Shown one piece after another: positions 1 through 15,000 of a DNA stretch of 64,000 nucleotides. The stretch comes from Trichoplax adhaerens (taxonomy: Eukaryota; Animalia; Placozoa), in assembly GCF_000150275.1 (NCBI RefSeq), contig NW_002060945.1, positions 3,309,172 through 3,373,171 on the forward strand, written 5' to 3'. The notes below the pieces were generated by a model. It made no database searches. It was not told where the DNA came from and saw only the letters and a list, made by a program, of their open reading frames with translations. The position numbers and the translations under genes were made by a program. Positions within the stretch are counted from its first letter, which is position 1, and each line of letters begins with the position of its first letter.

Positions 1-140
1 ATCAATAGTTTCACGTCACATTTCGATTTTACGCAATTTGTACCGATAAATATGATGTAATGGATTATATTGTAATTTTCTATGCTATTCATGTAATCTG
101 ATACTCAGTCTTATTCCTATGCTTTTTCATTTTGTTGCAG

Positions 141-193
141 GTTATGATTGCTCATACAATCTGAAAAGCAATGATGAACTAAATTATAATTAG
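141..193 (+). other. Possible terminal exon of an unidentified upstream gene
   Basis: Pyrimidine-rich acceptor (tttttcattttgttgcag|) followed by a short open stretch ending in a stop; no recognisable protein. Confidence 0.25.
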
Positions 194-1219
194 TATTATT
201 AATTGTAAATCAGAATGTATATATGTCTGTATTGGAGATTATATTTACGCGTATTAGGATTACGAAAACACTATAAAAACTAAACCTACCTTAAAAAATT
301 ACATAGCATATTTATCTTTTAATATCTACAGTCTGTATTTGCATAATATTGTTTTCATATTGGTAACAGTTGAGTGACCAAACATACATCGCTAGTTCGT
401 AGTAACTATAAAAATTAATGAACTGGTACCTGTCATCATTCATGACTTTCCACAAAGGTACCCTAACATTCTACGTTTCGTTTACTACGTAAACGTATTG
501 TACTGATGTCTCCAGTCCCTAATCTATACGAGCGTTATATTTGATTGGGATAGACTGGCTTGTAATGTTAATATAATCGTCTATAGTTTTAATTGGAAAC
601 AGTAAGAATTAGCAGAATAATTTAGAAGTTGTGAACTTTGAGCTTGATTTTATCAAAATATCCAAAGAAAATTTAACACAACACCTAGTAATATACAGTA
701 CGACTTCGCCGTATGGTCAATAAGTTAATATAACCTTGGAATATGTAATGCAATATCTAAGCCTGTCAGGATACTACGGTTGTATAGAATATAAAATCAA
801 AGATAGCAACAAATACGGTAAATTTAGTTATAAAGGAATATATTACTGTTTATCAACCAAAGTAAGGACGAAACAATTTCTGTCAAATAGTAGGAATAAA
901 TTTATTTTTCATTGTTAATAATGTTCATTTTGTGCCGCAAACAAAGGCTTTAGAAATGTTTGTAACTTCTGAAGGGTTACTAAAATTGTTGAAATGCTCT
1001 CTAAGTTATCCATGCACCTCATTGAATAGCGTAAACAGTAAATTTTAGAATAACTTGCACGAGAGAAATAGATACGTAGCATCTTGGAATAATTAGCGCT
1101 TTAACGTAACAGCTTTGACTAATACAACGGTGAATCATTTTAAATTATCTACTAGTATTTTCCTCATTTCATTGCCAATAAGTATTCAAAAAATTGTTAG
1201 GAACGAGCAGTTTTCTTCA

Positions 1220-2865
1220 TTACGCTTCCTCTAATTCTACTAAAACTCCGCCACAGTCTTTAGGATGTAAAAACATGACCGGCTTATTATGAGCTCCAAT
1301 CTGAGGAAGTAATAGCAGATTTAGTAATTAATCGCTGTAAATGTTTACTTAATTTCATATGTAGTAAGGAGACACTCGAGGTAGAGTTTTGTAAATAGCA
1401 CTACTGCAACAGGAAAAGTGGTACATATCAAACTAGGTTGAATTTTGAGAATCTTACTCGAGGTTCTTTTGAGAGGGTTCTAATTTTATTGGAAACTAGA
1501 TCTTTCATTGCAGCTTTAATATCATCAACCTAATGTTAGAAAATCCGAAAACAGAATGAGGAGCAAATACAACATAATTTTTATAAAGACGCGCGCTGCA
1601 GTATTTCATAGACGTGGATAAAAGGCATAGTAGATCTATTAGTTTAACTATGTGGTATCTACCTCTATACAAATATGATGCATGCCACCTTCTGGTTTTT
1701 TAGCTAGGAAACCTTCGATGGGACTTTGCTCTCCCAGAGGATGCAATAGCTATGGAATAAATAATAACAATTTAAATAGATGTTATGAAATACGGTAGTA
1801 CTTGGATATTCATACGCACTCTTGGGATATTATTAAGGATACAAAATCTATATCCTTGTTATCATGAAATACCAGAGTATAAAAGCTCAAACAGGAAATG
1901 TAATATGAGTGTATTATGATTAACGAATGACTAACTTCAATTTTGGTATTGCCAAGATCTATAAATACTGTCGTGACTCCATGTTCAGGGAGAGGCTGAT
2001 GGAAATTATTTACGAGAGATCTAGATTAGACATTAATTTGATTTGCAGCAGTAATTGTATTCGTTAAGTGCATAACTGACCAATTGCTCGCTAACACTTG
2101 CTCCAAGAACATCACGATAAAATGCCGTTGCTTTCTCTGCAATAAAGATAGAACACAAATATAATATTTTAGAAATGTTGGACATCAGCAGGGACTTCTG
2201 AAAAGTCCCTGACACCAGCCACAGTAGCGCACTGTACGTGTCATATTAGCTCAGTGCATTAATTTAATTTAAAGAATGATAGCAAAGACACTGCTTCAAC
2301 TATATATAATTACTGTCTTCACTACATGTACTTTAGAGTATTTCATTACATATTGATAGACCAAATTTAACCCTTGATTGACGAAAAAATATACATATTC
2401 GTTATAGATGAGTGACTTCGGAGTAGCTACCTCCATTATCACTGTCTAATGATTGCAACGTTACCTAAATCTGGAACGGCTATAGCGAGATGATTTAGCT
2501 TACCAAGCTTCCAAAACGCTTGTTCTTTATTCTGCAAGTTTAGTACAGATACAATCAATGTTATTCAAACGGTGCAGAGTTCATGAAAGTTGTGCTGATA
2601 AGTTACAAACTAATATTGTGGGGGAAGTTAGTAGAGTTCGTCTGATGGTACTTTTTGCTATTTGTTCCGAGATATTCTTGTAATCAATCAATCAATAAAT
2701 AGAAAGGAATAAAGACGGTGATTAAAACAAAACAACTTGCTAACTATCTTCAAGTAAGGCACATACAGTACGTAAGATACTCTCATCGGTTAATTGCTCT
2801 ACCTTGTTATAATACAACCATGATCTTCGACCAGCTAATGAAATAAATCTCATCACTGAAGCCAT
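1220..2865 (-). CDS. MCEE: Methylmalonyl-CoA epimerase, mitochondrial (about 8 exons)
   Basis: Spliced translation MASVMRFISLAGRRSW...WKLGKLNHLAIAVPDLEKATAFYRDVLGASVSEQL|PLPEHGVTTVFIDLGNTKIE|LLHPLGEQSPIEGFLAKKPEGGMHHICIE|VDDIKAAM...|IGAHNKPVMFLHPKDCGGVLVELEEA* matches MCEE closely; GT-AG junctions. Confidence 0.96.
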
Positions 2866-3243
2866 CTTGTCTTTTGAAAAGCAATATGCAAAGATCAACT
2901 AGCACTTGAGTGCGGATATAAATCAAACTTTGCGTTTAATAGCCAAACCTACTATTTGTTGTCCTTGCAGCCAGTATGATGGACTTTTAGAACCCGTCGT
3001 TGAGTGCAGTAAGTGCGCATGTACAGTGTACTGTATAGTACCATCCATTACAGTTGTCCTACCAATACCTCATCCTTTGGCTATACTGTACTATACATAA
3101 CGTAAGCCATCCCAGCAGCTCTTCCTGTCGTAGCTACATTTTAGCTCAACTACCTTCTGATTACTAAACTAGAAATTACTCCTCATAATCCAACATCGTT
3201 ACGTTGAAAAGCCGATCAAGTGGATATCTAGCATGTTATATTG

Positions 3244-5711
3244 ATGTATCATCAAAATAACAATGTTTATATGCATGGCATGCCCCTGCCTCCCGGTGGA
3301 GCTGGCATGATGGGGTACTATCAACAATATCAGCCACCACCACACCATCCATTTCAGGTCTATTATCCACCTCCATTACCTAATGCTCTTCCTGGAAATT
3401 TTAATGCACCTGCACCTGCCAAAGTGATTGAAGAAGATCCTGTGCAAACATGGTGTAAGAAAGTAGAAGCAAAACAAGTGAAAAAGATTCCTGTTACAAC
3501 TACTGTACGGCTAAGTAATTCCAATTAAAATTTTGATATAAGTAGTTTACTCACTCGTACGTAGGTTAGACGATCCACACTTCATGCTAAGGTCTGTAGC
3601 AGTGCTTTACAGACATCGTACAGCAATTATAAATAAATTTATTTATGTCTTCTATCTGTCAGTATACACAGCAAACGTAGATGGCTATTAAAAACTAGAA
3701 CGCATTAAACTAAACTAATTATATTGTGAAATACATAATGCCGCTGGACTGATGTCTTCATCGTTCGATACCTTCCATAACTCTAGAAAGCGGGCGCAAA
3801 TGAATTTTACGATTACATTATTAATGTGCTACATGAATATCATGAAGAAATAGGGATTGCATAGGATTTATGCACAGAGTATTTCTTATCTATGCTATTT
3901 AAATGGAGTAGTATTCACAACTACAATCTCATGATAAAGTGGGCCTTGTAGCGTATTAGCTCAGTATTTCCCTACAATAACGTAAATTTTGCTTTGTTCA
4001 ATGAAAGGTTGTGAGAATTATCAGCGTTTATGGATATGTATAAATATACCAAGCAATAATTTTATGCTGTTGTTGATTGATGTATACAGGTATATGAGGT
4101 GAAGAATGCCATTCACAGAATACAGTCTCACTTGCAAGAGCTAGTTCAATATCAAAGCAAATTAACAACAGCAGCTAGTCACAAGGATAATTCACAATTG
4201 AATGAAATTATTTCACAAGCTCATCAATTGATGGTTTGTTCATTTTATTATAGATTTAGATAGCCAAAGAATTTAATCATAATCAGCTCATACGTTATAA
4301 ATTTCTATTATTGTCATAACAGGATGTAATTAACAATGAAATGGAGCAAATATCAAATGAAGATACAATAGAAATGATGAAACAGAAAGTTAATAAATCA
4401 ATGAAAAAGAAGGTAAAAACTGTAACCATAAAGTGTTGTATCAGTAGTAATGTTCGGCCTAATTTAAGAGGTTATAAAACTATATATTTTACCTATCATG
4501 CTCAAGGATTGGAGAAGAAGATGGAGAACTCGGAATAAATTAAAAGCACAGCAAAGATTAGCAAATATCGTCAAGCAAGAAAAGAAGGCCACAGAATGGC
4601 TCGATGAAAAATTAACCCAGCAAAGGCGAATTCTTCAAGTAAGCAAAAATGAAATGTAATCACTTTTTTATAAAACTTTAGCCCTAACAATTATAACGTC
4701 AATCAATATTATCTCTACTTGCTTACCAATGGCAAATTATAGGAGGAAAAGATGAAAAATCAAGCTGATGAAATTTTACACGAAGTGAGATCGAAGCAAG
4801 ATGACACTTCCAAAGCATTAGAACTATTGAGTGCGATATCTAAGCTTCGCAATATTAGAAAGACTGCTGCTGAAAATACTGGTAACTTGTACTTGATATT
4901 TAATGATTACTTTCGTATGCAGTTCTGTGCATAAAACTTCGATGGCGGCAGAGTGAATACTTTATACTGGTAATTACTTTTAGGTGTGTATCCTATTCCT
5001 ACTGTTACTGAGAATGAAAAATTTGAACGATTACAAGATGATCTCGAAAAGATGTTATGCACCCAAATGGAGAATTATAAGGAGGAACAGAAAGTGTTAG
5101 AGGTTATTATTGGTAACGAGACTGCAGCACAAAAAGAAAGGGAAGCATTACAATGCAAGTATCATTCCATAATTCTTAAAACACTCAAGACTGTTAGAAA
5201 ATTTTATTGAATTTATGATGAAATTGTGATCTTAATAGTGACATTTCTTATGTATATGCATATGATAGTGTGTTATTTTGTGGGAACGTTTGACTATGAA
5301 TGTTTTTAATCATTAATATTATTTACAATAGGAGTATCTTTAAAGTTAAATAAATGTTTTAAGTTGTTATCACGATACTTATTGCCATTTTAGCTGTGCA
5401 AAACTGCCCGACAAACCTAAGCATGTATCAGAGCTTTTGGCTTCAAGCTGAACATAGTATAGAAGCTTTGGTAGAAGTAAGGTATGTGCATTGTTTTATT
5501 TAATGAGAGCGAATGCTAAGTAGATTATCATATTTAATAATTAATAGATGTCGCGTTTGATTGTTACATGCAAACTTCAATTAGGCGTCAGTGGGATTCC
5601 TATACTACACCATCAGCAACTGCTGGTTCCTCAAGACTACCGACAAGCAATGTAATTGAACCAGTAGTACCTTCACGTGACGAGTGGAAAGTGTACCTGC
5701 AAAATACGTAG
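3244..5711 (+). CDS. PDCD7: Programmed cell death protein 7 (U11/U12 snRNP 59K homolog), multi-exon
   Basis: Pro-rich N-terminus, coiled-coil middle (ADEILHEVRSKQDD...KLRNIRK) and C-terminal FWLQAEHSIEALVEVRRQWDSY...EPVVPSRDEW, matching the PDCD7 YYLQAEHS...IRxDWDxY motif. One internal junction is uncertain. Confidence 0.85.
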
Positions 5712-7055
5712 TGTAACATAACATACCTATATTATGATATCTATATGTCGTATATGTATACAGTATATCAATCTGCTTGAGTTGAAGTGATATTAATCTG
5801 GAACGTCTGGCTAAACAGCTTAACACTTTATTTAAGTAGACGATGGTATTTCGATGACATCAAACTGATTATTTAGTGGTATGATTACATCATCAGAGCT
5901 GTGTAGAATAACTCTTTTTATTTGCTTATTTATTTTATTTTATAATCTTTCATTATTGTATTGGAACTGTACAGTCATTTGTGATGGTTTAAAATTGTAA
6001 TTACAGTAAATTAATGAATACATAATGATAATGAAGTATACTCATACAGTTGATAGCAGCTATGACTAAATCTTAGGTTTATCTTTGTATCATGCTAAAT
6101 TAACTGTATAAAATACTAATCCTGTAATCTTTACCTACTATGCTATGTACATGTATATAGTTTACGTTTATATGAGTATGCTGTATATATAATATTTGTT
6201 GTCTTTGGACTACTGCGAATAGTTTGTACATTCGTTATCGTTGTAGTTATTGAAAATGAGTTTATCTAAATTTGAATCTATGTGCTATTATTGATATTAT
6301 GGTATGCGTTGTATGGGAAATACAGTAGATGTACAAATACTGAAAAATGAAAAGGAATTTTTATTGAAAATAATGGATATTGTCTACTGTTGCTGCATCG
6401 TCTTTAATGTCGATTGCATTTTCTGCTCTATACGAGTATTATTACGCTACTGTAGTACTGGGTCTACTAACTAAAAGATAGATGGAAGCGGAGCAGACTT
6501 TTCAGGATGCCAGTCCTTATAGACTATGCTAGAGCAGGCAATCAGTTGGGTCTGGTAACTAGAGTTGAGCATCAATGCAGTGTGTCCTAGTGATTTTTTA
6601 CCGGTGTATAGTGTAGCTTCTAGTAAAATCCTGACATTCCAGCGGCTAGTCATGCAGCCTGATGTAGGATGCAGAAAGTATGGTATACAGGTATTGAAAT
6701 TTTGATTAAATGTGCTCTATGATGGAGAGTATGTATCCAAGAATACTGTACAATACAGTACGGTATAATTCATTTAGATTGAAATTGCTGCAGTGCAAAT
6801 ACTAGCAGATCCGACTTCGCTGAACGTCAAGAAGAAGCCAAATTCGCTGCTTCGTATTCTTTCATATCGTGTCAACAGACGGACGCCACACGGACCAGGT
6901 GGCGTACAGTCCACAGTACGAAGAGTGTGTAATGCACTGTGCACTGTACACTGTACAGTACAGTATTTGCACAGTGCGCAGACGCTGACGCTACAGTACA
7001 GTACGACACATGGTGACTGGCTAACGCGATTGTTAACCGCGTTGCCTGCCGGGAG

Positions 7056-7082
7056 CTTCTTCCTTTTCGTCCTTTACTATCC
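7056..7082 (+). promoter_or_regulatory. Polypyrimidine initiator / 5'TOP-like tract of RPS17
   Basis: cttcttccttttcgtcctttactatcc immediately upstream of the ribosomal protein ATG, typical of TCT/TOP starts. Confidence 0.65.
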
Positions 7083-7088
7083 AACAAA

Positions 7089-8062
<974 letters not shown>

Positions 8063-9082
8063 ACCTGAGCACTACTACCTACAATCGATATTGTATAATA
8101 ATTCTTCAATAAAAGTAATTACTTGAACAGAGATAGTTTGTGATCTTTTAATTCTTCGGAGTATCAGCGATGGGGTAACTAAGGTATTTAACAACTTACT
8201 TGTAACTAAATTTATTAAGTATATTGTACACCTGATAAAAGTTATAGTACAGTAATATACAGTAAACTGAACGTTTCAGTTTTGAACGTTTATCCGTGAC
8301 AAGTTCCTAAGTTTATTATGTCTACTGTATTACCGAGATCAACTATTTATAGTATAAAATATTAGATTTTTGCTAGACCATTCAATAACTACGTCTTCCA
8401 TATGGACTGCAGGTATCGAAATCCTCGATACCTGATAAACTTGGTAATAAGTTGGTATGAATCAAGTCTATTCCTGAGGATCGATTAGGATGCAATTTAG
8501 CATTTTAAATTAAAATTTTTTATGGATATATGCAAGTAGTGTACCAGTAGGGCTAAGTATAGAACAGAAGCCTGTCTACTTGTACTGGGTACTATCAAAT
8601 CTTCAGATTGACAGTATTTCATGCATCAGCGATACATAGCAGCTATATACTCCTACCTCGTATTAACGTTGTACGTTTGCAGTCTGGGTGATATCAATTA
8701 AATATAGGATATAGCTATATCCTAAATTTATTGATTACAACTTTATTATTTTCTTGGAGGTAAGATAACTTGGATATCATTCGAAATAAGTTTCGCAGCT
8801 TAGTCACGAAATTACTAAAGCAACGGTTTTATCAAACTTTCGTAGTAACAAGTTAAACTTTCACATTGGAAAATGTAGTTATTCTACTTTGCTATACAAC
8901 CAAACGTCACCAGAAGTTAGAAATGACATTAAATAGTATTCAAAGTTGATTACAATCAGTGCAATTGCAAAGTATCCACTACAAAGAACGTTGAAGAAAA
9001 CTGTAATCCAGTCATGGTCAAATTTACTGTTATTCCGTTATCCGGGAAACAGGCATATCAGTCCATCACTTATTGACTAGTG

Positions 9083-12000
9083 TCATTTAGGTTGGCCTGC
9101 AGTCCACCATAGAGAGCACAGGTCAAGTCCTATCTCCGGCGGTAGTTCCTACCATTAAGTTTACATTTTAAACGTAAGAAAAAATCGGTTTCGTTATAAA
9201 GCTGAAAAGGATTAAATTCTATCACGAAATTTGAGAAACTACCGCATAATTTACAGATATTTCTTACTAGAAACTTCATATTTATGCTAATATACCTGTC
9301 CACCACGGCATATATGAACCAACTTGCCCTTATTCCAAGGATTAATTAAATGCTTTGTTGCATGAAATGGAATGTTGAATCTAAAATAGATGAAGATAGG
9401 GTTAACTCTAATTGGCTAGAAATGCACTTTAGTATAATTGGAAGGCTATATAATTAGCATGCGATAAATACACACATTGTTATACCATAATAATATGTTC
9501 TCATAAGACTAAAATTTACAATTTATTCGTTATAGCCGTAATACGAAGATGAAAAGCATGCTTTATTTCATTACATTTTGATCCACTTTATATCGAATAT
9601 TCCTGTGCGATATTGTGGTACAGGAGTTGTAAAAGGAGTGCTCAATTTCTTGATCGGACTGCTCATTTCAGCATACCCTATTGAAAATATATAATTAGGT
9701 CAAATACAGCGATCTACTTCAAGGGTTTTAATGAATTTCTTACGATATCCGGTTTTAATTCTTATCAATTTAATACCTTGAAAATGCTTACTTCTTTGCG
9801 CAGAAAATATTATCATAACTTTATCACTTTCCTTAAATCAAATAACATTATACATGTATGATCAGATTAAGACCAAAAATCTTCAGTACCGATTCTATTT
9901 TCTTGTAAACTAGTTTAATATTTGCCTACAGCTTGTACGCTTAAAAATTTATATTATCTTAACGTAAGAATGTACAGTAAGTATATGTAAAGGCTAAAAG
10001 TTAAAATGCCCTCTTAATATCAGAAATGAATGTTATTTCAGTACGAATAAAATTCTAGTTACAGAGTAAGCCTTGTGCAATTTCTTCTCGATTGCTCGAT
10101 TACAAGACCAAGTTCCCTAAAGGTCAAACGGCAGTAAACTTGTTAAGTACAGAACGATACTAGAGATTGACTATGTTAGTATTCTAGCGAATAAAAACCA
10201 TCATCAGCCCAAAAAGCTCATAACATAACTAATAAGAAGAGATAAAAATCACATTCGAGGAAAATATTCGTAGATACCTTGGATACAGCATCGGGAAGGA
10301 TATTTTCGTTATAACATTTTAGTATGAAGTAACGAATATTGGATCTTTTACCTAGAAAGAACCAAATAGAATGTTGAGAAATTTCTTAATATACAGTTCC
10401 ACTTCAACATGCACAACATTTAACGTATATATAAGAGTTATTACCAAGCTTTAACACTTACTTTGATTACGTATCGTTAAGGGCTTCGCAGACTGAAATG
10501 TAAATAAGTTAAAATATAGCTATTAACTAATAGAAGTATTTATATTGGTACGTATGCATAAAGAATTAATCATTAACTTCCTATCCAGTATATCAGATTG
10601 TTTAGGAGTAGTCCTACCTGAAATTCTCCAACTTTACTTTTTGTAGACTCTAGCGATAATGAAAATAAAAAGTATTACTCAGTAATGATACTAATGATTT
10701 ACAGATAATTATAATAATGTCTACAGTATATTACATTTCTGCTGAGAGGAATAGTAATACTGTATTAGTTATTTTACAACCTGATTGATCATGCTCTTCC
10801 TTAGTGCTGTATTTCTTGATAGGTGTGGTACCTTTCATACTCGTATACCTCTGGCTGAAATGCATAGGATTTTAGTAAAATCAACGTATTGCGATTATAT
10901 GGTATTAAAATATGATTTAGTGTACATAGCACAATTATTCATTACAGTAACTATCTGTAATACCGATTATTATTATTATGAACATGGCCTGATTGCTTCT
11001 TATTATCAGTACGCTGTCAATATAAAAAATATTATTAAATTTTTGTTATCGCACTCTCTTTAAATAATAAACACTCGTGAAAAATAAGAGAAATCTTTGG
11101 TAATGAAAATTTGGGTATTTAACTTACAATTCTGCATGATTGATTTACGTTATTTCCTCCCTGCCGGCTATCTAAGGCTAAAATTGTATATACGAATAAA
11201 CACATATTAAAGATAGATTGTATAGACCACCTGATTTCCTCCTAGATGAACTTAAATGTGATATTTTCATACCTGATAGGTAGTGTACCTTTTCCTGTAA
11301 GTTTGTTAGTTTATCTTCGCTAGCCAAAATAACTTGTAAGGAATCAATAAATTGCTATTAAAAAATAAAGATCTATTTAGTTTAAACAATTCTCATACGT
11401 GATGGTTAGCTGTACATTAAGTTGGAATGTTTTAGTTAATCTACCTCTTCTGAAGTATGATGAATTCCTGGTTGTATTAAATTGCGTAATATCGCTTGCA
11501 GTAGCATCCTTTTAATAGCTAATAGTAGGTTTTTCTCCTAAATATTACAGCGATATCATAAATAGGGCGAGGATAGTATCAGTACATTCATTCATTTAAG
11601 TTTTCATACAACCGCTCAAGTTATGTTGGTTACATAGTTTGTGTAAATATTTACAGAAGTCACATTTTATATTCTCTATTTAGTATATCTTCCCATTTGC
11701 CGATGCAAAATAGTAACGCAGATACAATAATTTAAAGAAATTACTTTGGTGCAGTATACCTCTCTAGCTACTGTGAAGGAAATCCAACTATTTTCTATTT
11801 CAATTTTCTCCATAACGTCGATATTCTCTGCTTCATTTTCGCTATCCATCATATTTTCAGTTACAGTTGGTTTATACTCCTTTATGTCCTGATTTTGTGA
11901 TCTTTGTTCTTCCAATACTTTTCCTCCGTTGACATCAAGGTCTTTTTGAATATTATTTAGGGCCGCACTATAATCTTCCTCTTTCTTTGGGTAAGGTGAG

Positions 12001-15000
12001 CCAGAAAATAAATAAGTAACTATGGCTGATGTAACTGTTAGACCAACAGCTGCAGTACTTGTGTAATTTCTATATTAGATTGTAAGTATATTTATAATGA
12101 TTTTTTACGATATACCTCGATATTGTATACTTCTTGTATTAATTAAAATATAACAATAAAGCAATTTTACCTCAATAGATCATTGTATATGAACCAATTG
12201 GAATTTGCTTTCATTTCATGTGTTTTTGAGGTAGCAGACTTTGCCGATAAAAGTCCAAATAACATCGACGAACGATGAATTTTTATTTTTTTCAATCTAT
12301 GATAGAATCTATTGTTACCTATTGATCGACCTTGTTTGTAGCTGTGAAATAGAGAAGGAGTGCTAGTTTTATATGATTAATATACTAATTTTGATTTACC
12401 CTGCGGTTAGCCAACAATTACTGGGATCTATTTTAGCAATATTTGGGTATAATCCAGCTACAAGGGCCGCCTAGTATATTAAAATATGAAATACAGATTC
12501 TTAATGTAAGGATTAAATACAAGCTTTAACTATTACCATTAACATGGTGTAGTTGTACATAAATTTTGCAAGAAAGGTCTACTAACATTAACGAACGTCC
12601 AGCTTCCCGAGTTTTTGTTATGGTAGTCATATTTACCGCTGCTGTAGGTTTTGAAAATTTTTAAATGTTTTAGCAAATCAACCAATTGCGATCTAGAGAT
12701 ACGCGTAAACAAACGGCATCAAGTGTTAGTCTTCTGCAGTACAATGATAAGAAAATGATTTATAGTTACTTTATTTTCCTGATCATTTCCAAGGTGTCTT
12801 TCGATAAATAATTTTTTTTACAGAAGGATTGACCGAAGCCATTAGCCTTTGATTTCTGCCAAGCCTAAGCTCAAGAAAGCATAAATCTGAGATATTGCTT
12901 CTAATTGGTCTGTACGATATAAGCATGAGGTTAGGAATAAATGATATACCTCAAAAACTTGTACTATTAAGTAATGATCACTTTGGATATTATTGCATAT
13001 TGTTCGTTTAAAATAGTCAATTTTGATGAAGTCGCTTGATTCGTCGGGTAGGATAACTATATGAATGTACACATTAGTGTTGATAATTCTAATAACCAGT
13101 AGTTTAAGAATATCATAATTTATAAAAAAGCATTACATGGATCTCGATAGGATAGTGTCGATACAATAATTAATATTGGCTCTAGGCATCGTAGAGTAAT
13201 TGCATATAGAATAGCCTTGGCAAATCTTGGCTCAACCGGAACTTCCGCCACAAATTTACCTATATCCAACCAAAATTTTACCCAAGCATATGATTTAAAG
13301 GCCCAAAATATTAACGATTTATATTAAGCTGATATAAAATTAGTGCTTACACCAATATGGGTGAATATTCGACATCAATAATCAAGCTATTTGTAACTTT
13401 ACCTAATTCCGTTAGGTTTTCGTTTTCATCAAGGGCCCCAATAGCCTATAATTCATCATGTCAATATATCAGAGAATGTCTAAAAGGCTCCGAAATATTT
13501 ATTATTAAGAAGAGCACTTTACCTTTAAGCATTCCACCGCATTATTAACTGCAATAAAAGATGGTGGCTCTATAGCATCATTTAAAAATTCTGCTATGGA
13601 AACGTTAGTATTCAAGAGTTTTACTTGTAGAGCTAATTCCTGATAAAAATAGATAGTCACAGCATTAAATAGGTTTAATATTATTAGTAGTATGAATTAT
13701 CTTAGGCAATACCATCTAATAATTCAGTATACTGGAGTTACTTAATCAGTAATGTCGTCAAATAACGCTTTTAAGTTAGATTATACCTGTAAGGGTATGC
13801 GCAAAATTTCAGCTCTTAAATAATCGCTCAAACTATTATATTTCGATTTACTATATATATGGTAACATCGCCCAGGTTGGCATCGGCCAGCTCTAGATTT
13901 ACGTAGTAATTATTCATGAAATTAGTGACATGATTGAGGTGCAACAATCAATGCGATCTAACAGAGATCTATACTACTGTTACCTTCCTGCTCGTTGCTT
14001 CGCGTTGGCTTTCGATATCCAAGCAGAAGTTAATGATGATGCAGACGATAAAGCATCAAAATTTTTCTATAGAATGTGATGAGTAATGTCTAAAGTTGCT
14101 TGGGTACTTATACTACATTGCTATTTCGAAAAAATAATATGAAAAAGTCCGCTAATACAGTATTGAATAGGTAATTTACCATTTTTATTCTTCCAGAATC
14201 AATAACGTCTACCACATCATCAATAGTAATACTTGTTTCGGCAATATTAGTAGATAATATCTAATCAAAGACATAAAGGTTGAAACAGTGTTAGGAGAGA
14301 TTATCAATTAGTTATATTTCAGCAAGTTACGGTATGTCTTATCAACAGTAGTCATAAGATTGCCATATAAAGTACAGTACTACGTATGTCTTAGCTAAGT
14401 CCTATTGCAATCAACTGGTCGACTAATCGGCATAACTGGGTACTTACAATTTTTTTAACATCGTGAGGACAAGATTTAAATATCTATACCAATTTAAGTA
14501 GAAATGAACTAAAAGTTAATAGAAGATAAATAAAAGTAATAAAAGTCTCTAATTGACTGACTTCTCTTTGACGGGTGATTTCTACTAATGAATGGAGTAT
14601 GAAAATTCGTATCTTTAATCTTATAAACAATTACATAAAGTTTTTAAATTTAGTATACATCATCAGGATTAAAAGAATTGAAGGCGCATTGGTACAAGTT
14701 TTTCTTAAGTTAACCTGCTATGTTTACTAAATTTTCTTTGTAAAATTCTATCCTTAACGTTCACAATATCTTCATAGCCGGGTAAGAATACTAAGATAGC
14801 ACCTAAATTGAAAAGATGCCATGGACAGATACAAATGTAACTTATGAATGGCTTAAATCTTAAAAACAATTCATAGATTAGATAGACTATCATTAGTATC
14901 AATTATTCTAGTAAAAGAAGTCAATTTATAAAGTGTTACCCTGTCTACATATTATATAGTACCTTTATTATCTTCTTTACAAATATAGGAAATTATATGT

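Noticed and set aside
1835-1842. U12-type 5' splice site (gtatcctt on minus strand) in MCEE
   Set aside because: It lies inside an intron already bounded by GT-AG sites that give the conserved protein.
6480-6500. SRP RNA-like word ggaagcggagcag
   Set aside because: Flanking sequence lacks the SRP helices and Alu domain; the similarity is too short.
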